This document shows positions 29,827-40,201 of a DNA stretch of 53,175 nt, in pieces. The position numbers were made by a program, and so were the translations under genes. Source of the stretch: an uncultured Piscirickettsiaceae bacterium (GTDB taxonomy: Bacteria > Pseudomonadota > Gammaproteobacteria > Thiomicrospirales > Thiomicrospiraceae); contig CAZRMK010000002.1 of NCBI GenBank assembly GCA_964601165.1, positions 1 to 53,175 on the forward strand, read 5' to 3'. The number at the start of each line of letters is the position of its first letter. The first letter of the stretch is position 1. The notes beneath the pieces were generated by a model. The model searched no databases, was not told the DNA's origin, and was given only the letters and a program-made list of their open reading frames with translations.

Positions 29827-30180
29827 ATGAAAACATTAATTAAAATAGCTTTACCAGCAATCTTATTATTAGGTTTAACTGCTTGCTCAACTAGTCCTGT
29901 AGTTGATACACATGGTGTAGATAAGGCTCAGTTTGAACGTGATTTAGCGGAATGTGAAAGTATTGTTGATCAAATGGAACAGGGAGAAACAGTTGCTAGA
30001 AGTGCTGCATTCGGTGCAGTCGTTGGCGGAATATTTGGAGCTATTTCTGGCAATGTTGAATCAGGACTTCTTCTTGGTGGTGCAGGAGGCGGTGCAGCCA
30101 GTGCCTTGTCTACCGATCAAGAAAGAGCACAAATGATTAGAACCTGTTTGCGTAATCGTGGTTATAATGTATTGAATTAA
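29827..30180 (+). CDS. Glycine-zipper lipoprotein
   Basis: Lipobox LTAC, GAVVGGIFGAISG...GGAGGGA, CLRNRGY. Confidence 0.8.
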   Translation: MKTLIKIALPAILLLGLTACSTSPVVDTHGVDKAQFERDLAECESIVDQMEQGETVARSAAFGAVVGGIFGAISGNVESGLLLGGAGGGAASALSTDQERAQMIRTCLRNRGYNVLN

Positions 30181-32819
30181 CAACCTATTTCTGCAATAAG
30201 TTCTTCTTTAAGATTTGCTAAAACTGCTTTATCGTTAATGGCTTGATTGTTCATGTCACTGATTAAGAAAACATCTTCGGCTTTTTCGCCAATGGTATGT
30301 ATCTTGGCGTCATGCACGCGAATGTTTTCTTTTTTAAATACTTGTCCTATTTTGGCGAGTAGCCCAGGTATATCTTTAGCATTTAAGCTTAATTCAGTTA
30401 GTTTGGAATTAATTTTCTCAAAAGAAATTTCAATTGGGGTATCAAAACAGCGAATAATCCTATTTTGAGATATATTAGGAACGCTGGATGGTATGTCTTC
30501 TGTTAGTTTAGTTTTTAGTGAGAAAGTTATCTGTTCAAGAGTATCTAAGGACTTAATCGGTTGATTGTCTTGATTGAGAAAATAAATCAGCACAAGAGTA
30601 AAGTCGTTAATGCCTGAATAGGTTTTTGCTTCAACAATGTTGAGGTTAAGTCGCTCGAGTATATGAGTGAAATGGGCAAATAAAAAGTCTTTGCCCGGCA
30701 TATAAATAATCATCTCAGAAGCACCTTTTTGGGAAGTGCTTTCAATGTGAGTGAAGATAGTTTGCTGGTCTTTCTGAAAAAGTAGTTTGGTGATGCGAGC
30801 GATTTCTCTAGCGGATTGATGGCTAAAAAACAGCGTGTCTGCAAAGGTATCCCAAAAGGGTTGAAAGTCTTGGGCAGTTATTCCACGGCTAATGAGTAGT
30901 TCACGAGCTTTTTCTTTATTTTGTAAAGCAAGTTTTTTGCGGTTTTTGGGGGTGGATGAGGCTTTATCTAAGGCTTGTGAGGTTGCATTATAAAGTTGTA
31001 AAAATAAAGCATTTTTCCATTCGTTCCAAACTGCTTTTGAAGTTGATAAAACATCTGCTACCGTTAGTAAATATAGGTAATTTAGATTTTCTTGGGTTTC
31101 TACTATATCTACAAATCGTTGAATTACCTCAGGATCGCTTAGATCTTTGCGTTGTGCGACGGATGAAAAGTCGAGATGCTTTAAAACTAACCAGTGTAAT
31201 AACTCAGCATCTCTTTTAGAGAGATTATGCTGTTGACTAAACTTGACAGTGTCCTCTGCTCCAAGTACTTCGTGAGATCCGCCCCTGCCTTTGCCAATAT
31301 CATGAAATAATCCTGCCAGAATAAGTATTTCTGGTTTGCATAGTTCTTTAGCGATTTGGTGAGCGGTGGGGAATTCATAGGCAAACTCACCTAAAAAGAA
31401 ACGTCTAAGGTGACGAATGACTAAAATTGTATGTTCATCAACCGTATAGGCGTGAAAAATATTAAACTGCATTAGACCTGTTATTTTATAGAATGCAGGT
31501 AAATAGGCTCCTAAAATTCCATAGCTATGCATTCTTTTTATGGCAGTATGCACCCCTTTTGGTTGGCGAAATATTTCAATAAATAAGGCTTTGTTAATAG
31601 GGTCTTTTCTAAACTCATCATCAATTAGGTAGAGGTGTCCGCGTATTAATCGAATGGTGCGTGAGCGAATGCCTTTTATGCTGTCGGCATAATTTTCTAA
31701 AATAATAAATATTTCTAGTAGTGCTGTTGGGTTTTTTCTAAATAAATTCTCTTGATGAACATCTAAATATTGGTTAATGATTCTAAAACGTGGATTAATT
31801 TGAATGATTTCATCTGTTTTTTGGTTAAAAATATCTTCTCTAAAATGTTGTAGTAAAATTTCATTTAGTTTGGCGACAGAGCGTACATTTTGATAGTAGC
31901 TACTCATAAAGGATTCAACGGCTTTTTGTTCATCTGTTTCTGAGTAACCAAATAGTTTGGCTACTTTTTGTTGGTTATCGAAGAGTAAGCGGTCTTCTGC
32001 ACGATTTTTTAATTTATGTAGTGCGAATCTGATACGGGATAAATAGTGATAAGCATCGCGGATTTCATGAAATTCTTCATTAGAGATAAAGTTGGATTTA
32101 ACCAGTTCTTGCAGTGAAGAGGCACCAAAGTGACGTTTTGCAACCCAAAGCATGCTTTGTATGTCTCGAAGCCCTCCGGGGCTTTCTTTAACATTAGGCT
32201 CTAGTTGGTAAAGTGCATTATTAAAGCGTTGGTGACGTTTTTTTTGTTCAAGTTGTTTAGCACTAAAGAAGTTTGCACTTGGCCAAAATCGTTTTGAATG
32301 CCATAGTAGTTGGAGGCTATGAAATGGGTCGTAGTTGCCAGTTAGCCAGCGAGATTCTAGTAAGTTGGTTGCGGTACTGACATCTTCTTTTCCTGTCTCG
32401 ATGGTTTCTTGAAAGCTCCTTATGGCATGGCCTACCTGAAAACCTAAATCCCATAAAAAAGTAATAAAGATGGAAAGTTCTTTTTCATAATTTTGATATT
32501 CTTCAGAAATAATAGCGATGTCAATGTCTGAAAAAGGATGTAATTCGTCGCGCCCATAACCTCCAACTGCAAGTAGTGCGGCTTCTTGTTGGAGTTTTTT
32601 GGGGATTAAGTTTTGCCAGGTTTTTTTTAGAACTTGATCAACATAAGAACTTCTTTGCTGAAGCAAGTGTTCAATTGGGATAAGCTCATCAAATTGCTTA
32701 AATTGTTGGGTATTAAAGTTTTTTAATAAATCACGCCCTAATTTACTAGCGGATAATAGGTCTTTGTCTTTAAGTTTGTTAAGGAACTCAACAAAAGAAG
32801 GAGGCGATGGTTTTGTCAT
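30177..32819 (-). CDS. glnD: PII uridylyltransferase / uridylyl-removing enzyme
   Basis: AVGGYGRDELHPFSDID, EPNVKESPGGLRD, HAYTVDEH, HDIGKGRGG, ACT domains. Confidence 0.97.
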   Translation of the reverse strand: MTKPSPPSFVEFLNKLKDKDLLSASKLGRDLLKNFNTQQFKQFDELIPIEHLLQQRSSYVDQVLKKTWQNLIPKKLQQEAALLAVGGYGRDELHPFSDIDIAIISEEYQNYEKELSIFITFLWDLGFQVGHAIRSFQETIETGKEDVSTATNLLESRWLTGNYDPFHSLQLLWHSKRFWPSANFFSAKQLEQKKRHQRFNNALYQLEPNVKESPGGLRDIQSMLWVAKRHFGASSLQELVKSNFISNEEFHEIRDAYHYLSRIRFALHKLKNRAEDRLLFDNQQKVAKLFGYSETDEQKAVESFMSSYYQNVRSVAKLNEILLQHFREDIFNQKTDEIIQINPRFRIINQYLDVHQENLFRKNPTALLEIFIILENYADSIKGIRSRTIRLIRGHLYLIDDEFRKDPINKALFIEIFRQPKGVHTAIKRMHSYGILGAYLPAFYKITGLMQFNIFHAYTVDEHTILVIRHLRRFFLGEFAYEFPTAHQIAKELCKPEILILAGLFHDIGKGRGGSHEVLGAEDTVKFSQQHNLSKRDAELLHWLVLKHLDFSSVAQRKDLSDPEVIQRFVDIVETQENLNYLYLLTVADVLSTSKAVWNEWKNALFLQLYNATSQALDKASSTPKNRKKLALQNKEKARELLISRGITAQDFQPFWDTFADTLFFSHQSAREIARITKLLFQKDQQTIFTHIESTSQKGASEMIIYMPGKDFLFAHFTHILERLNLNIVEAKTYSGINDFTLVLIYFLNQDNQPIKSLDTLEQITFSLKTKLTEDIPSSVPNISQNRIIRCFDTPIEISFEKINSKLTELSLNAKDIPGLLAKIGQVFKKENIRVHDAKIHTIGEKAEDVFLISDMNNQAINDKAVLANLKEELIAEIGC

Positions 32820-32855
32820 TAGGTCTTTCCTTTTATTATACTTGCAGATTAGGGT

Positions 32856-33641
32856 TTAGTTAGGTAGTACAGGAACTTCATTTTCTTTAAGAGTCATAAT
32901 TTCATAACCAGTTTTAGTGACAACAAGAGTGTGTTCCCATTGTGCTGAAAGCTTGCGATCTTTAGTAACCACTGTCCATTTATCTGGTAAAACTTTAACC
33001 GTTGGTTTTCCCATGTTAATCATCGGCTCAATAGTAAAGGCCATGCCTTTCTTTAAAATAATTTTCTTGAGTTCTGGAGCCGCATAGTGCAAAACTTGAG
33101 GGTCTTCATGAAATTCTACACCAATACCATGCCCGCAAAAATCTTCTACTACTGAGTAATTGTGTCTATGGGCATGGGTTTCAATCGCTAAGGCAACATC
33201 ATATAGACTTGCCTTAGGCTTAACTTGTTCAATACCCAGCCATAAACATTCTTGAGCTACTCGGCAAAGTTTATGTGCAAAGGGTTTAACTTTACCTACC
33301 TCATACATACGACTGCTATCACCATGAAAGCCATCTTTAATGACCGTGACATCAATATTAACGATATCGCCATTTTTAAGTTTTTTATTATTGTTAGGAA
33401 TTCCGTGACACACAACATGGTTAATGGAGATGCAGCTAGAGGCAGGAAACCCACGGTAATTTAGGGTTGCTGGGATAGTTTTTTGCACATTTACCATGTG
33501 TTCGTGCATAATTTGATTTAATTCTCCAGTAGTTATACCAATCCTAATATAGGGTTCTATTAAGGTTAAAACTTCTGAGGCTAGCTTTCCTGCCTTACGC
33601 ATGTTTTGAATTTCGGAAGAAGTTTTAATTTTAATGTTCAT
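32856..33641 (-). CDS. map: Methionine aminopeptidase
   Basis: VVCHGIP, NIDVTV, HGDSSRM, GHGIG, EPMIN, SAQWEHT. Confidence 0.98.
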   Translation of the reverse strand: MNIKIKTSSEIQNMRKAGKLASEVLTLIEPYIRIGITTGELNQIMHEHMVNVQKTIPATLNYRGFPASSCISINHVVCHGIPNNNKKLKNGDIVNIDVTVIKDGFHGDSSRMYEVGKVKPFAHKLCRVAQECLWLGIEQVKPKASLYDVALAIETHAHRHNYSVVEDFCGHGIGVEFHEDPQVLHYAAPELKKIILKKGMAFTIEPMINMGKPTVKVLPDKWTVVTKDRKLSAQWEHTLVVTKTGYEIMTLKENEVPVLPN

Positions 33642-33679
33642 AAGGGGTTTACTCTTGGATCTTGTTATTTAGTGGAGGT

Positions 33680-33690
33680 TGTGGTATAAA
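33680..33690 (+). promoter_or_regulatory. rpsB extended -10 promoter
   Basis: TGTGGTATAAA, the conserved gammaproteobacterial rpsB promoter motif. Confidence 0.75.
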
Positions 33691-33742
33691 TGCCTCGCCT
33701 TCCTAATAGGAATGTTTAGGAAGGTGAATTCTAACAAAAAAT

Positions 33743-33828
33743 CCACACGCTTGCCGACACATCAAACGGGGTGCTTTTAACTTAATAGGATAAAAGTTCG
33801 TTTGCTGGGGTAAGCGGAGGCATAACCC
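33743..33828 (+). ncRNA. rpsB 5' leader (S2 autoregulatory element, t44-type)
   Basis: CCACACG..CCGACACAT..CGGGGTGC..TCG..TGGGGTAAGCGGAGGCATAACCC motifs upstream of rpsB. Confidence 0.85.
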
Positions 33829-33847
33829 AAAATAATTGGAGAAAATC

Positions 33848-34579
33848 ATGGCTAAAGTCACTATGCGTGAAATGCTAGAAGCAGGGGTCCATTTCGGGCA
33901 TCAAACACGTTATTGGAATCCAAAAATGTCTGAGTACATTTTTGGTTCAAGAAATAAAATTCATATCATCAACTTAGAGAAAACCTTACCTTTATTTAAT
34001 GACGCACTTAACTTTGTAGGAGGCGTTGCTGCCCACAAAGGCAGTGTTTTATTTGTGGGAACTAAAAAATCAGCAGGTCCATTAATCTCAGAGTATGCAC
34101 AAAGCTGTGGTATGCCTTATGTTGATTACCGTTGGTTAGGCGGAATGCTAACAAATTTTAAGACCATCAAACAGTCCATTAAGCGTTTAAAAGAACTTGA
34201 AGTTATGGAGAAAGATGGAACTTTTGAAAAGATAACTAAAAAAGAAGCCTTAATGTTAACACGCCAAAAAACCAAGTTAGAGTTATCTCTAGGTGGAATT
34301 AAAGATATGCGTGCGATGCCTGATGCGATTTTTATTATCGATACTGGCAATGAAAAAATTGCAATTCAAGAAGCTAAAAATTTAAAAATTCCAGTAGTTG
34401 GTATTGTGGATACCAATAATGATCCGAGTATTATTGATTATGTTATTCCTGGCAATGATGATGCCATTCGTGCGATTAAGCTTTATTTATCTGCAGTAGC
34501 TACAGCCATCAATGAAGGCAAGGCAACTATTGTTACTAAAGTAGCAGGCGATGATTTTGTAGAAGCAAAAGCAGAGTAA
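33848..34579 (+). CDS. rpsB: 30S ribosomal protein S2
   Basis: [39 protein letters not shown]; ATG 33848 follows GGAG. Confidence 0.99.
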   Translation: MAKVTMREMLEAGVHFGHQTRYWNPKMSEYIFGSRNKIHIINLEKTLPLFNDALNFVGGVAAHKGSVLFVGTKKSAGPLISEYAQSCGMPYVDYRWLGGMLTNFKTIKQSIKRLKELEVMEKDGTFEKITKKEALMLTRQKTKLELSLGGIKDMRAMPDAIFIIDTGNEKIAIQEAKNLKIPVVGIVDTNNDPSIIDYVIPGNDDAIRAIKLYLSAVATAINEGKATIVTKVAGDDFVEAKAE

Positions 34580-34704
34580 TTTTTGCTAATATCTTGGGTC
34601 TGTACCGTAGTGAAATCCTGGGTTCAGGAGTACATAAGTTAGATGCCTTTGTACTTTATTATGAACAGAGGTATTAGGAATTTAAAAAATTAAGGATTTA
34701 AATC

Positions 34705-35589
34705 ATGGCAATTACAGCTTCTATGGTTAAAGAACTGCGCAATGCGACTGGCGCAGGGATGATGGATTGTAAAAAAGCACTGTCTGAAGTAGGTGGTGAT
34801 ATGGATGCAGCAGTTGAACTTTTGCGTAAAAAAGGTATGGCTGGTGCAGATAAAAAAGCAGGTCGATTAGCTGCTGAAGGTGTTATCGCAATAGCAGTTT
34901 CTGAAGATAAAAAGACTGCGGTTATTGCAGAAGTTAATTGTGAAACTGACTTTGTTGCTAAGGGAGCAGAATTTCAAACTTTTGCTAATGAAATTGCAGC
35001 AATTGCATTGCAAACAGGTACGCTTGATGTGGAAGCGTTGATGAGTGAAACAATGTCAACAGGCTCATCAATTGATATAAAGCGTCGTGAGCTAATCGCT
35101 AAAATTGGTGAAAACATGTCTGTTAGACGTGTTGAAAGAGTTGAGTCTTCTGATCAGATTGGTCAATATCAGCATGGTGAAAAAATTGGTGTAGTGGTTT
35201 GTATGGAAGGTGGCGATGAAGTGCTTTCTCGTGATATTGCGATGCATATTGCAGCCGTTAACCCCCAAGCTGTTTCAGTGGAAAACTTAGATCAAGAGTT
35301 AGTTGAAAAAGAACGTAAGTTTCAAATTGAACAAGCTCAGTCTTCTGGTAAGCCAGCTGAAATTATTGAAAAAATGATTGAAGGTCGGATGCGTAAATTT
35401 ACTCAAGATATTACTTTGCTAGGGCAGGGGTTTGTTAAGAACCCAGATCAAACAGTTGCAAAGCTCTTAAAAGAAAATAATGCTTCTGTTTCTGCTTTTA
35501 CTCGTTTAGTGGTTGGTGAGGGAATGGAAAAAGAAGAGTTAAGCTTTGCTGATGAAGTTGCCGCCGCTGCCGCCGCTGTTCAAGGTTAA
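34705..35589 (+). CDS. tsf: Elongation factor Ts
   Basis: VKELRNATGAGMMDCKKAL, EVNCETDFVA. Confidence 0.99.
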   Translation: MAITASMVKELRNATGAGMMDCKKALSEVGGDMDAAVELLRKKGMAGADKKAGRLAAEGVIAIAVSEDKKTAVIAEVNCETDFVAKGAEFQTFANEIAAIALQTGTLDVEALMSETMSTGSSIDIKRRELIAKIGENMSVRRVERVESSDQIGQYQHGEKIGVVVCMEGGDEVLSRDIAMHIAAVNPQAVSVENLDQELVEKERKFQIEQAQSSGKPAEIIEKMIEGRMRKFTQDITLLGQGFVKNPDQTVAKLLKENNASVSAFTRLVVGEGMEKEELSFADEVAAAAAAVQG

Positions 35590-35598
35590 TACTGCTTG

Positions 35599-35637
35599 AA
35601 AAGCCACGGATCGTTTTATGCGTTTCGTGGCTTTTTT
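35599..35637 (+). terminator. Intrinsic terminator after tsf
   Basis: AAAAGCCACGGA...TTCGTGGCTTTTTT. Confidence 0.8.
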
Positions 35638-35674
35638 GCATCTAAGTTTTTTTTAAATCTGTTTTTAATACATT

Positions 35675-35833
35675 GAGACCTTTGCATAAATGGGGTGCGA
35701 ATAAAAATGAGATATATTTTACTAGGTTTTGCTCAAAAAATAAGCTTAATAGCTAGCTATTGGGCGTTTTTTTGGGCAAAAGATTGTGAAATATAGCCAT
35801 TTTAATTTGTGCATCCATTTATGCAAAGGTCTC
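35675..35833 (+). mobile_element. MITE family D (159 bp)
   Basis: GAGACCTTTGCATAAATG...CATTTATGCAAAGGTCTC; exact 5-bp TSD ACATT; two differences from 23211..23370. Confidence 0.93.
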
Positions 35834-35885
35834 ACATTGTTTTAGAAGTTTTTTTTACAAAATAAGCGAGTTACTTTATATAGAG

Positions 35886-35917
35886 CCTAAATCCTGCAAG
35901 CACTTGCAGGATTTAGG
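35886..35917. repeat. MITE family A, 32-bp minimal form
   Basis: CCTAAATCCTGCAAG-CA-CTTGCAGGATTTAGG with a perfect 15-bp stem, directly before the pyrH RBS. Confidence 0.9.
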
Positions 35918-35931
35918 TAGGAGTTTTAAAA

Positions 35932-36663
35932 ATGACATTAAAATATAACCGAGTTTTGTTGAAGTTTAGTGGCGAAGCATTAATGGGGAGCGGCGAGTTT
36001 GGTTTGGAAGCCGCAATGTTGCGTAAAGTTGTGGATGAAGTTAAATCATTAAGAAAACTAGGGGTTGAGGTTGCTATTGTTGTTGGAGGTGGTAATATTT
36101 TCCGTGGATCTCAAATAGAAGGTTCTGGAATTCAACGTACCACAGGTGATAACATGGGAATGATGGCAACAGTTATCAATGCTTTAGCATTGCGTGATGT
36201 GATCGAAGATATGGGAATGGAAGCGAATGTTTTTTCAGCCATGTCAATTGTAGGAGTTTCGCATGGTTTTAATGCTAACCAAGTTAAGAAACAATTAACT
36301 GAAGGCAAAATTGCTGTTTTTGCCGCAGGAACAGGAAGTCCTTTTTTTACTACGGATACCGCTGCAGCTTTAAGAGGAATTGAGGTTGGGGCAGATATTG
36401 TTTTAAAAGCTACAAAAGTTGATGGTATTTATAGTTCTGATCCCATGAAAGATTCTTCTGCAGTGCGTTATAATCATTTAAGTTATGATGAGGTGATTCA
36501 GAAAAATTTACAAGTGATGGATATGACCGCCTTTGTTTTATGTAGAGATCATAATATGCCGATTCGTGTGTTTGATATGTTTAAAAAAGATGCTGTGATT
36601 AGGATTGTTAATGGAGAAGTTGAAGGGACACTAGTTTCTTCAACAGCAGAAGGAGAAGGGTAA
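35932..36663 (+). CDS. pyrH: UMP kinase
   Basis: LLKFSGEAL, GGGNIFRG, PFFTTDTAAALR. Confidence 0.98.
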   Translation: MTLKYNRVLLKFSGEALMGSGEFGLEAAMLRKVVDEVKSLRKLGVEVAIVVGGGNIFRGSQIEGSGIQRTTGDNMGMMATVINALALRDVIEDMGMEANVFSAMSIVGVSHGFNANQVKKQLTEGKIAVFAAGTGSPFFTTDTAAALRGIEVGADIVLKATKVDGIYSSDPMKDSSAVRYNHLSYDEVIQKNLQVMDMTAFVLCRDHNMPIRVFDMFKKDAVIRIVNGEVEGTLVSSTAEGEG

Positions 36664-37220
36664 TGATTAATGATATCCAGGAAGATGCAAAAGCTAGAAT
36701 GATGAAATCAGTTGATAACTTAGAAAGTAATTTTGCTAAAATTCGCACAGGACGTGCTCACCCTAGTATTTTAGATTCGGTAACTGTTGAATATTATGGT
36801 TCAGAGGTACCTATCAGTCAAGTAGCCAATATTAATATAGAAGATGCGCGCACCTTAACGATTCAGCCATGGGAGCAACCGATGGTAGCAGTAGTTGAAA
36901 AGGCTATTATGACTGCTGATTTAGGAATCAATCCTGCTACAACAGGAAATTTGATTCGCCTTCCTATGCCCGCACTAACTGAAGAGCGTCGTAAAGAGTT
37001 TATTAAGCTTGCCAAAATGGAAGCAGAGCAGTCTAAGGTTGCTATTAGAAATATTCGGCGTGATGCGAATGGTGATTTTAAATCTTTAAATAAAGATAAA
37101 GATATTACTGACGATGAGTTACGTGGCGCAGAAGATCAAGTGCAGAAGTTGACGGATCAGTTTACGTCTCAGATTGACAATTTACTTTCTGAAAAAGAAA
37201 AAACTTTACTTGAAATTTAG
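36663..37220 (+). CDS. frr: Ribosome recycling factor
   Basis: IRTGRAHPSILD, LTEERRKE, AIRNIRRDAN. Confidence 0.98.
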   Translation: MINDIQEDAKARMMKSVDNLESNFAKIRTGRAHPSILDSVTVEYYGSEVPISQVANINIEDARTLTIQPWEQPMVAVVEKAIMTADLGINPATTGNLIRLPMPALTEERRKEFIKLAKMEAEQSKVAIRNIRRDANGDFKSLNKDKDITDDELRGAEDQVQKLTDQFTSQIDNLLSEKEKTLLEI

Positions 37221-37262
37221 AGGTATCTTTTATTAAACTCTATTTAATGATAAGGAGTTTTC

Positions 37263-37997
37263 TTGTTTAGTGAAATTTTAAAAAAACCAGCTCCTAAGCA
37301 TATTGCTATTATTATGGACGGTAATGGGCGTTGGGCAAAAAAACGTTTTATGCCAAGGTTTGTGGGACATCAACAAGGTCTGAAAGCGGTAAAGCGGGTG
37401 GTTTCTTATTGTGCTGATAATGATGTTGAGGTTTTAAGTCTATTTGCTTTTAGTACCGAAAATTGGAAGCGACCCAAGGAAGAAATATCGCAACTGATGG
37501 GACTGTTTTTAAAGGCACTTAAAAAAGAAGTTAGTAATTTACATAAAAATGCAGTTAGGTTAAGAGTGATTGGCGATAAGTCAATGTTTTCTGAAGAAAT
37601 TCAGTCCTATATTAAAGACGCAGAAGAGCTGACTGAAAAAAATACGGGATTAGTTTTAAATATTGCGGCAAATTATGGCGGGCGCTGGGATGTTTTGCAG
37701 GCGGTAAAAGCTTGGCAAAAAGCCAATCCTAATTCTTCAGTTGCAGAATTAACTGAAGCTAATATATCGCAATATGTCACCACTTCCAATTTACCTGAGA
37801 CGGATTTATTAATTCGTACTGGAGGAGAGAAGAGAATGAGTAATTTTTTAATTTGGCAAATGGCATATGCAGAGTTTTATTTTACTGATACCTTATGGCC
37901 AGATTTTAATGAAGCTTCGTTAGAGCAAGCGATTAATTCTTTTGATCGGCGAGAAAGGCGTTTTGGTCAAACTAGTGAACAGGTTTCTAAATGTTAA
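37263..37997 (+). CDS. uppS: Undecaprenyl diphosphate synthase
   Basis: HIAIIMDGNGRWA, FSTENWKRP, IRTGGEKRMSNF, RERRFG. Confidence 0.97.
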   Translation: MFSEILKKPAPKHIAIIMDGNGRWAKKRFMPRFVGHQQGLKAVKRVVSYCADNDVEVLSLFAFSTENWKRPKEEISQLMGLFLKALKKEVSNLHKNAVRLRVIGDKSMFSEEIQSYIKDAEELTEKNTGLVLNIAANYGGRWDVLQAVKAWQKANPNSSVAELTEANISQYVTTSNLPETDLLIRTGGEKRMSNFLIWQMAYAEFYFTDTLWPDFNEASLEQAINSFDRRERRFGQTSEQVSKC

Positions 37998-38800
37998 GGA
38001 TGCGTTTAGCTACCGCTTTGTTTTTATTTATTCTTGTCGGCTACTTTCTATATTTTGCTTCAGTTGAGGCTTGGAATATGTTTTTGGTCGCTTCTAGCTT
38101 TATTGCAGCTTGGGAGTGGGCTGGGTTTGCAAGAGTAACGGGACGTATAAAGAAAACGCTATATTCTATTGTCGTAATGGTAATTTTATGGCTATCAATA
38201 TCTTGGTTATCGACTAGTTCTTTGTTGGTATTAACCTTATTTGTTGCTATGATGATGCTAATTTCAGTTATTATTTATCAACGAACGCAGGGTCGCAGGC
38301 TTTATCAATCTTCAGGGTTAATTTTGACCTTAGGAGTAATTGTTCTGTTAGTGTTTTTTCAAGGTTTAGCACATTTTAGAGCAAATTTTTCAGCCAATAT
38401 TTTGCTATTTAGTTTTATTGTGATTTGGATACTAGATGCGGGATCCTATTCTGTGGGAAGGCGTTTTGGTAAAAATAAGTTAGCAAATTACGTTAGTCCT
38501 GGAAAAACTTGGGAAGGTGTTTATGGAGGAGTGGCGGTTGCTTTTATTGTCTCTTGGGGAGGTTTGTTGTTGTTGTCGCCAGAATTAAAAGTATCTTATA
38601 TAATCATGGCGTTATTGATGGCACTAATTGCCGTCTATTCTATTTTAGGAGATTTATTTGAAAGTGTATTGAAGCGTCAAGTAAGTCTTAAAGATAGTGG
38701 TCATATTTTCCCTGGTCATGGCGGAATGTTGGATCGAGTTGATAGCATGATGATTGCCGCACCTATGTATTATTTTTTATGGATTTGGGCTTCTGCTTAA
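37991..38800 (+). CDS. cdsA: Phosphatidate cytidylyltransferase
   Basis: SPGKTWEG, GDLFESVLKR, KDSG..FPGHGGMLDRVDS. Confidence 0.96.
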   Translation: MLRMRLATALFLFILVGYFLYFASVEAWNMFLVASSFIAAWEWAGFARVTGRIKKTLYSIVVMVILWLSISWLSTSSLLVLTLFVAMMMLISVIIYQRTQGRRLYQSSGLILTLGVIVLLVFFQGLAHFRANFSANILLFSFIVIWILDAGSYSVGRRFGKNKLANYVSPGKTWEGVYGGVAVAFIVSWGGLLLLSPELKVSYIIMALLMALIAVYSILGDLFESVLKRQVSLKDSGHIFPGHGGMLDRVDSMMIAAPMYYFLWIWASA

Positions 38801-38812
38801 AATGATTCTACT

Positions 38813-40201
38813 ATGATTATTGTCTGGTCTTTGCTGGGATTTATTGTTGCGATAGCAATATTAGTTACCATTCATGAGGCGGGCCATTATTTAATGGCAC
38901 GTTATTTTAATATTAAAGTACTACAGTTTTCATTAGGCTTTGGCAAGCCCTTTTGGAAACGAAAGTTTGGAGAAACTGAATTTAGATTAAGCCCGATTCC
39001 ATTAGGGGGTTATGTTAAATTTGCTGATGAAAGAGACGGCGATGTCGCACCAGAAGACTTGTCAAGAGCTTTTAATCGCCAATCTGTTTACAAGAGATTT
39101 TTAGTGGTTCTCGCTGGGCCAGTAATTAATTTACTTTTTGCATGGTTAGCTTTTTCTATTATTTATTTTTCCGGCATATCGAGTATTAAACCGATGTTTT
39201 CAGATCAAAAAGTTTCTAGTGTTCTGTATGAGCAAATGTCTAGTAAAAATTTGATTGGCAAAGAAGAAATTATTTGGGAGGTAGTTTCCGTTCAAGGAGA
39301 AAAGATTTATTCTTGGCAAGATATACATTTAAATATTGTGCAGGGTTTAGTCAAGCAAGAGGGTTTTTTAGAAATTGAAGTTTTATCAACAGAATCGCCA
39401 TTAAAACAACGAATGTTGCTATCACTAGATGAGCTTGATATTAATCAACCACAACAAAATTGGCTGGGAATGCTTGGTTTTAAACCTTATCAACCATCAG
39501 TTCCCGCTGTGATTGGACAGGTTCAAATAGATTCACCTGCTTTTAGAGCTGGCTTGCAGGCGGGGGATAAAGTTTTAACCCTAGAAGGGGTGCAGACAGA
39601 TTCTTGGCAGAGCTTAGTGGATATTGTGCGGATGAATCCTGAGAATTCTGTAGAATTGACCTTTGAAAGAGAAGGTGTTATTTTTAATCGCCTAATTCGT
39701 TTAAGCTCTAGAGAGTATCAAGGAGAGTTGATAGGCTCTTTAGGGGTGGGGGCTTATGTTTCTGCTGATATTTTAGAGCCTTATATTGTGACCCAATCTT
39801 TTGGTGTGTTGGAATCTATACAAAGAGGTTTTTCTCATTCTATTGATTTGATAAACATGACTTTAGTAATGCTTAAAAGAATGGTTATTGGTGAAATATC
39901 AGTTGAGAATTTATCTGGCCCCATCAGCATTGCACAATTTTCTGGTCAAGCTTTAGAGTCTGGCTGGATACCATTTTTAAGTTTATTAGGATTATTAAGC
40001 CTTAGCTTAGGAATATTAAATTTATTGCCTATTCCTTTATTGGATGGAGGGCACTTGCTGTTTTATTTAATTGAAATGGTTAAAGGATCTCCTGTTAGTC
40101 AAGCTGTGGAGTCTGTAGCTCATAAATTAGGCTTGTTGATTATTTTAAGCCTCACTTTTTTTGTTATCTTTAATGATATCGTTAGAATTACCAATGGTTG
40201 A
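38813..40201 (+). CDS. rseP: Intramembrane zinc metalloprotease RseP
   Basis: HEAGH, PLGGYVK, PDZ domains, NLLPIPLLDGGH. Confidence 0.96.
   Translation: MIIVWSLLGFIVAIAILVTIHEAGHYLMARYFNIKVLQFSLGFGKPFWKRKFGETEFRLSPIPLGGYVKFADERDGDVAPEDLSRAFNRQSVYKRFLVVLAGPVINLLFAWLAFSIIYFSGISSIKPMFSDQKVSSVLYEQMSSKNLIGKEEIIWEVVSVQGEKIYSWQDIHLNIVQGLVKQEGFLEIEVLSTESPLKQRMLLSLDELDINQPQQNWLGMLGFKPYQPSVPAVIGQVQIDSPAFRAGLQAGDKVLTLEGVQTDSWQSLVDIVRMNPENSVELTFEREGVIFNRLIRLSSREYQGELIGSLGVGAYVSADILEPYIVTQSFGVLESIQRGFSHSIDLINMTLVMLKRMVIGEISVENLSGPISIAQFSGQALESGWIPFLSLLGLLSLSLGILNLLPIPLLDGGHLLFYLIEMVKGSPVSQAVESVAHKLGLLIILSLTFFVIFNDIVRITNG

Noticed and set aside
32841-32854. Partial A-like ends (CTTGCAGATTAGGG here, GCAGGATTTA at 51171, GATTTAGG near 510)
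   Set aside because: Short, with no partner end or TSD; compatible with chance in AT-rich DNA
34600-34680. Hairpins between rpsB and tsf as a new ncRNA
   Set aside because: Structured rpsB-tsf spacers are usual, and there is no independent evidence of a separate RNA
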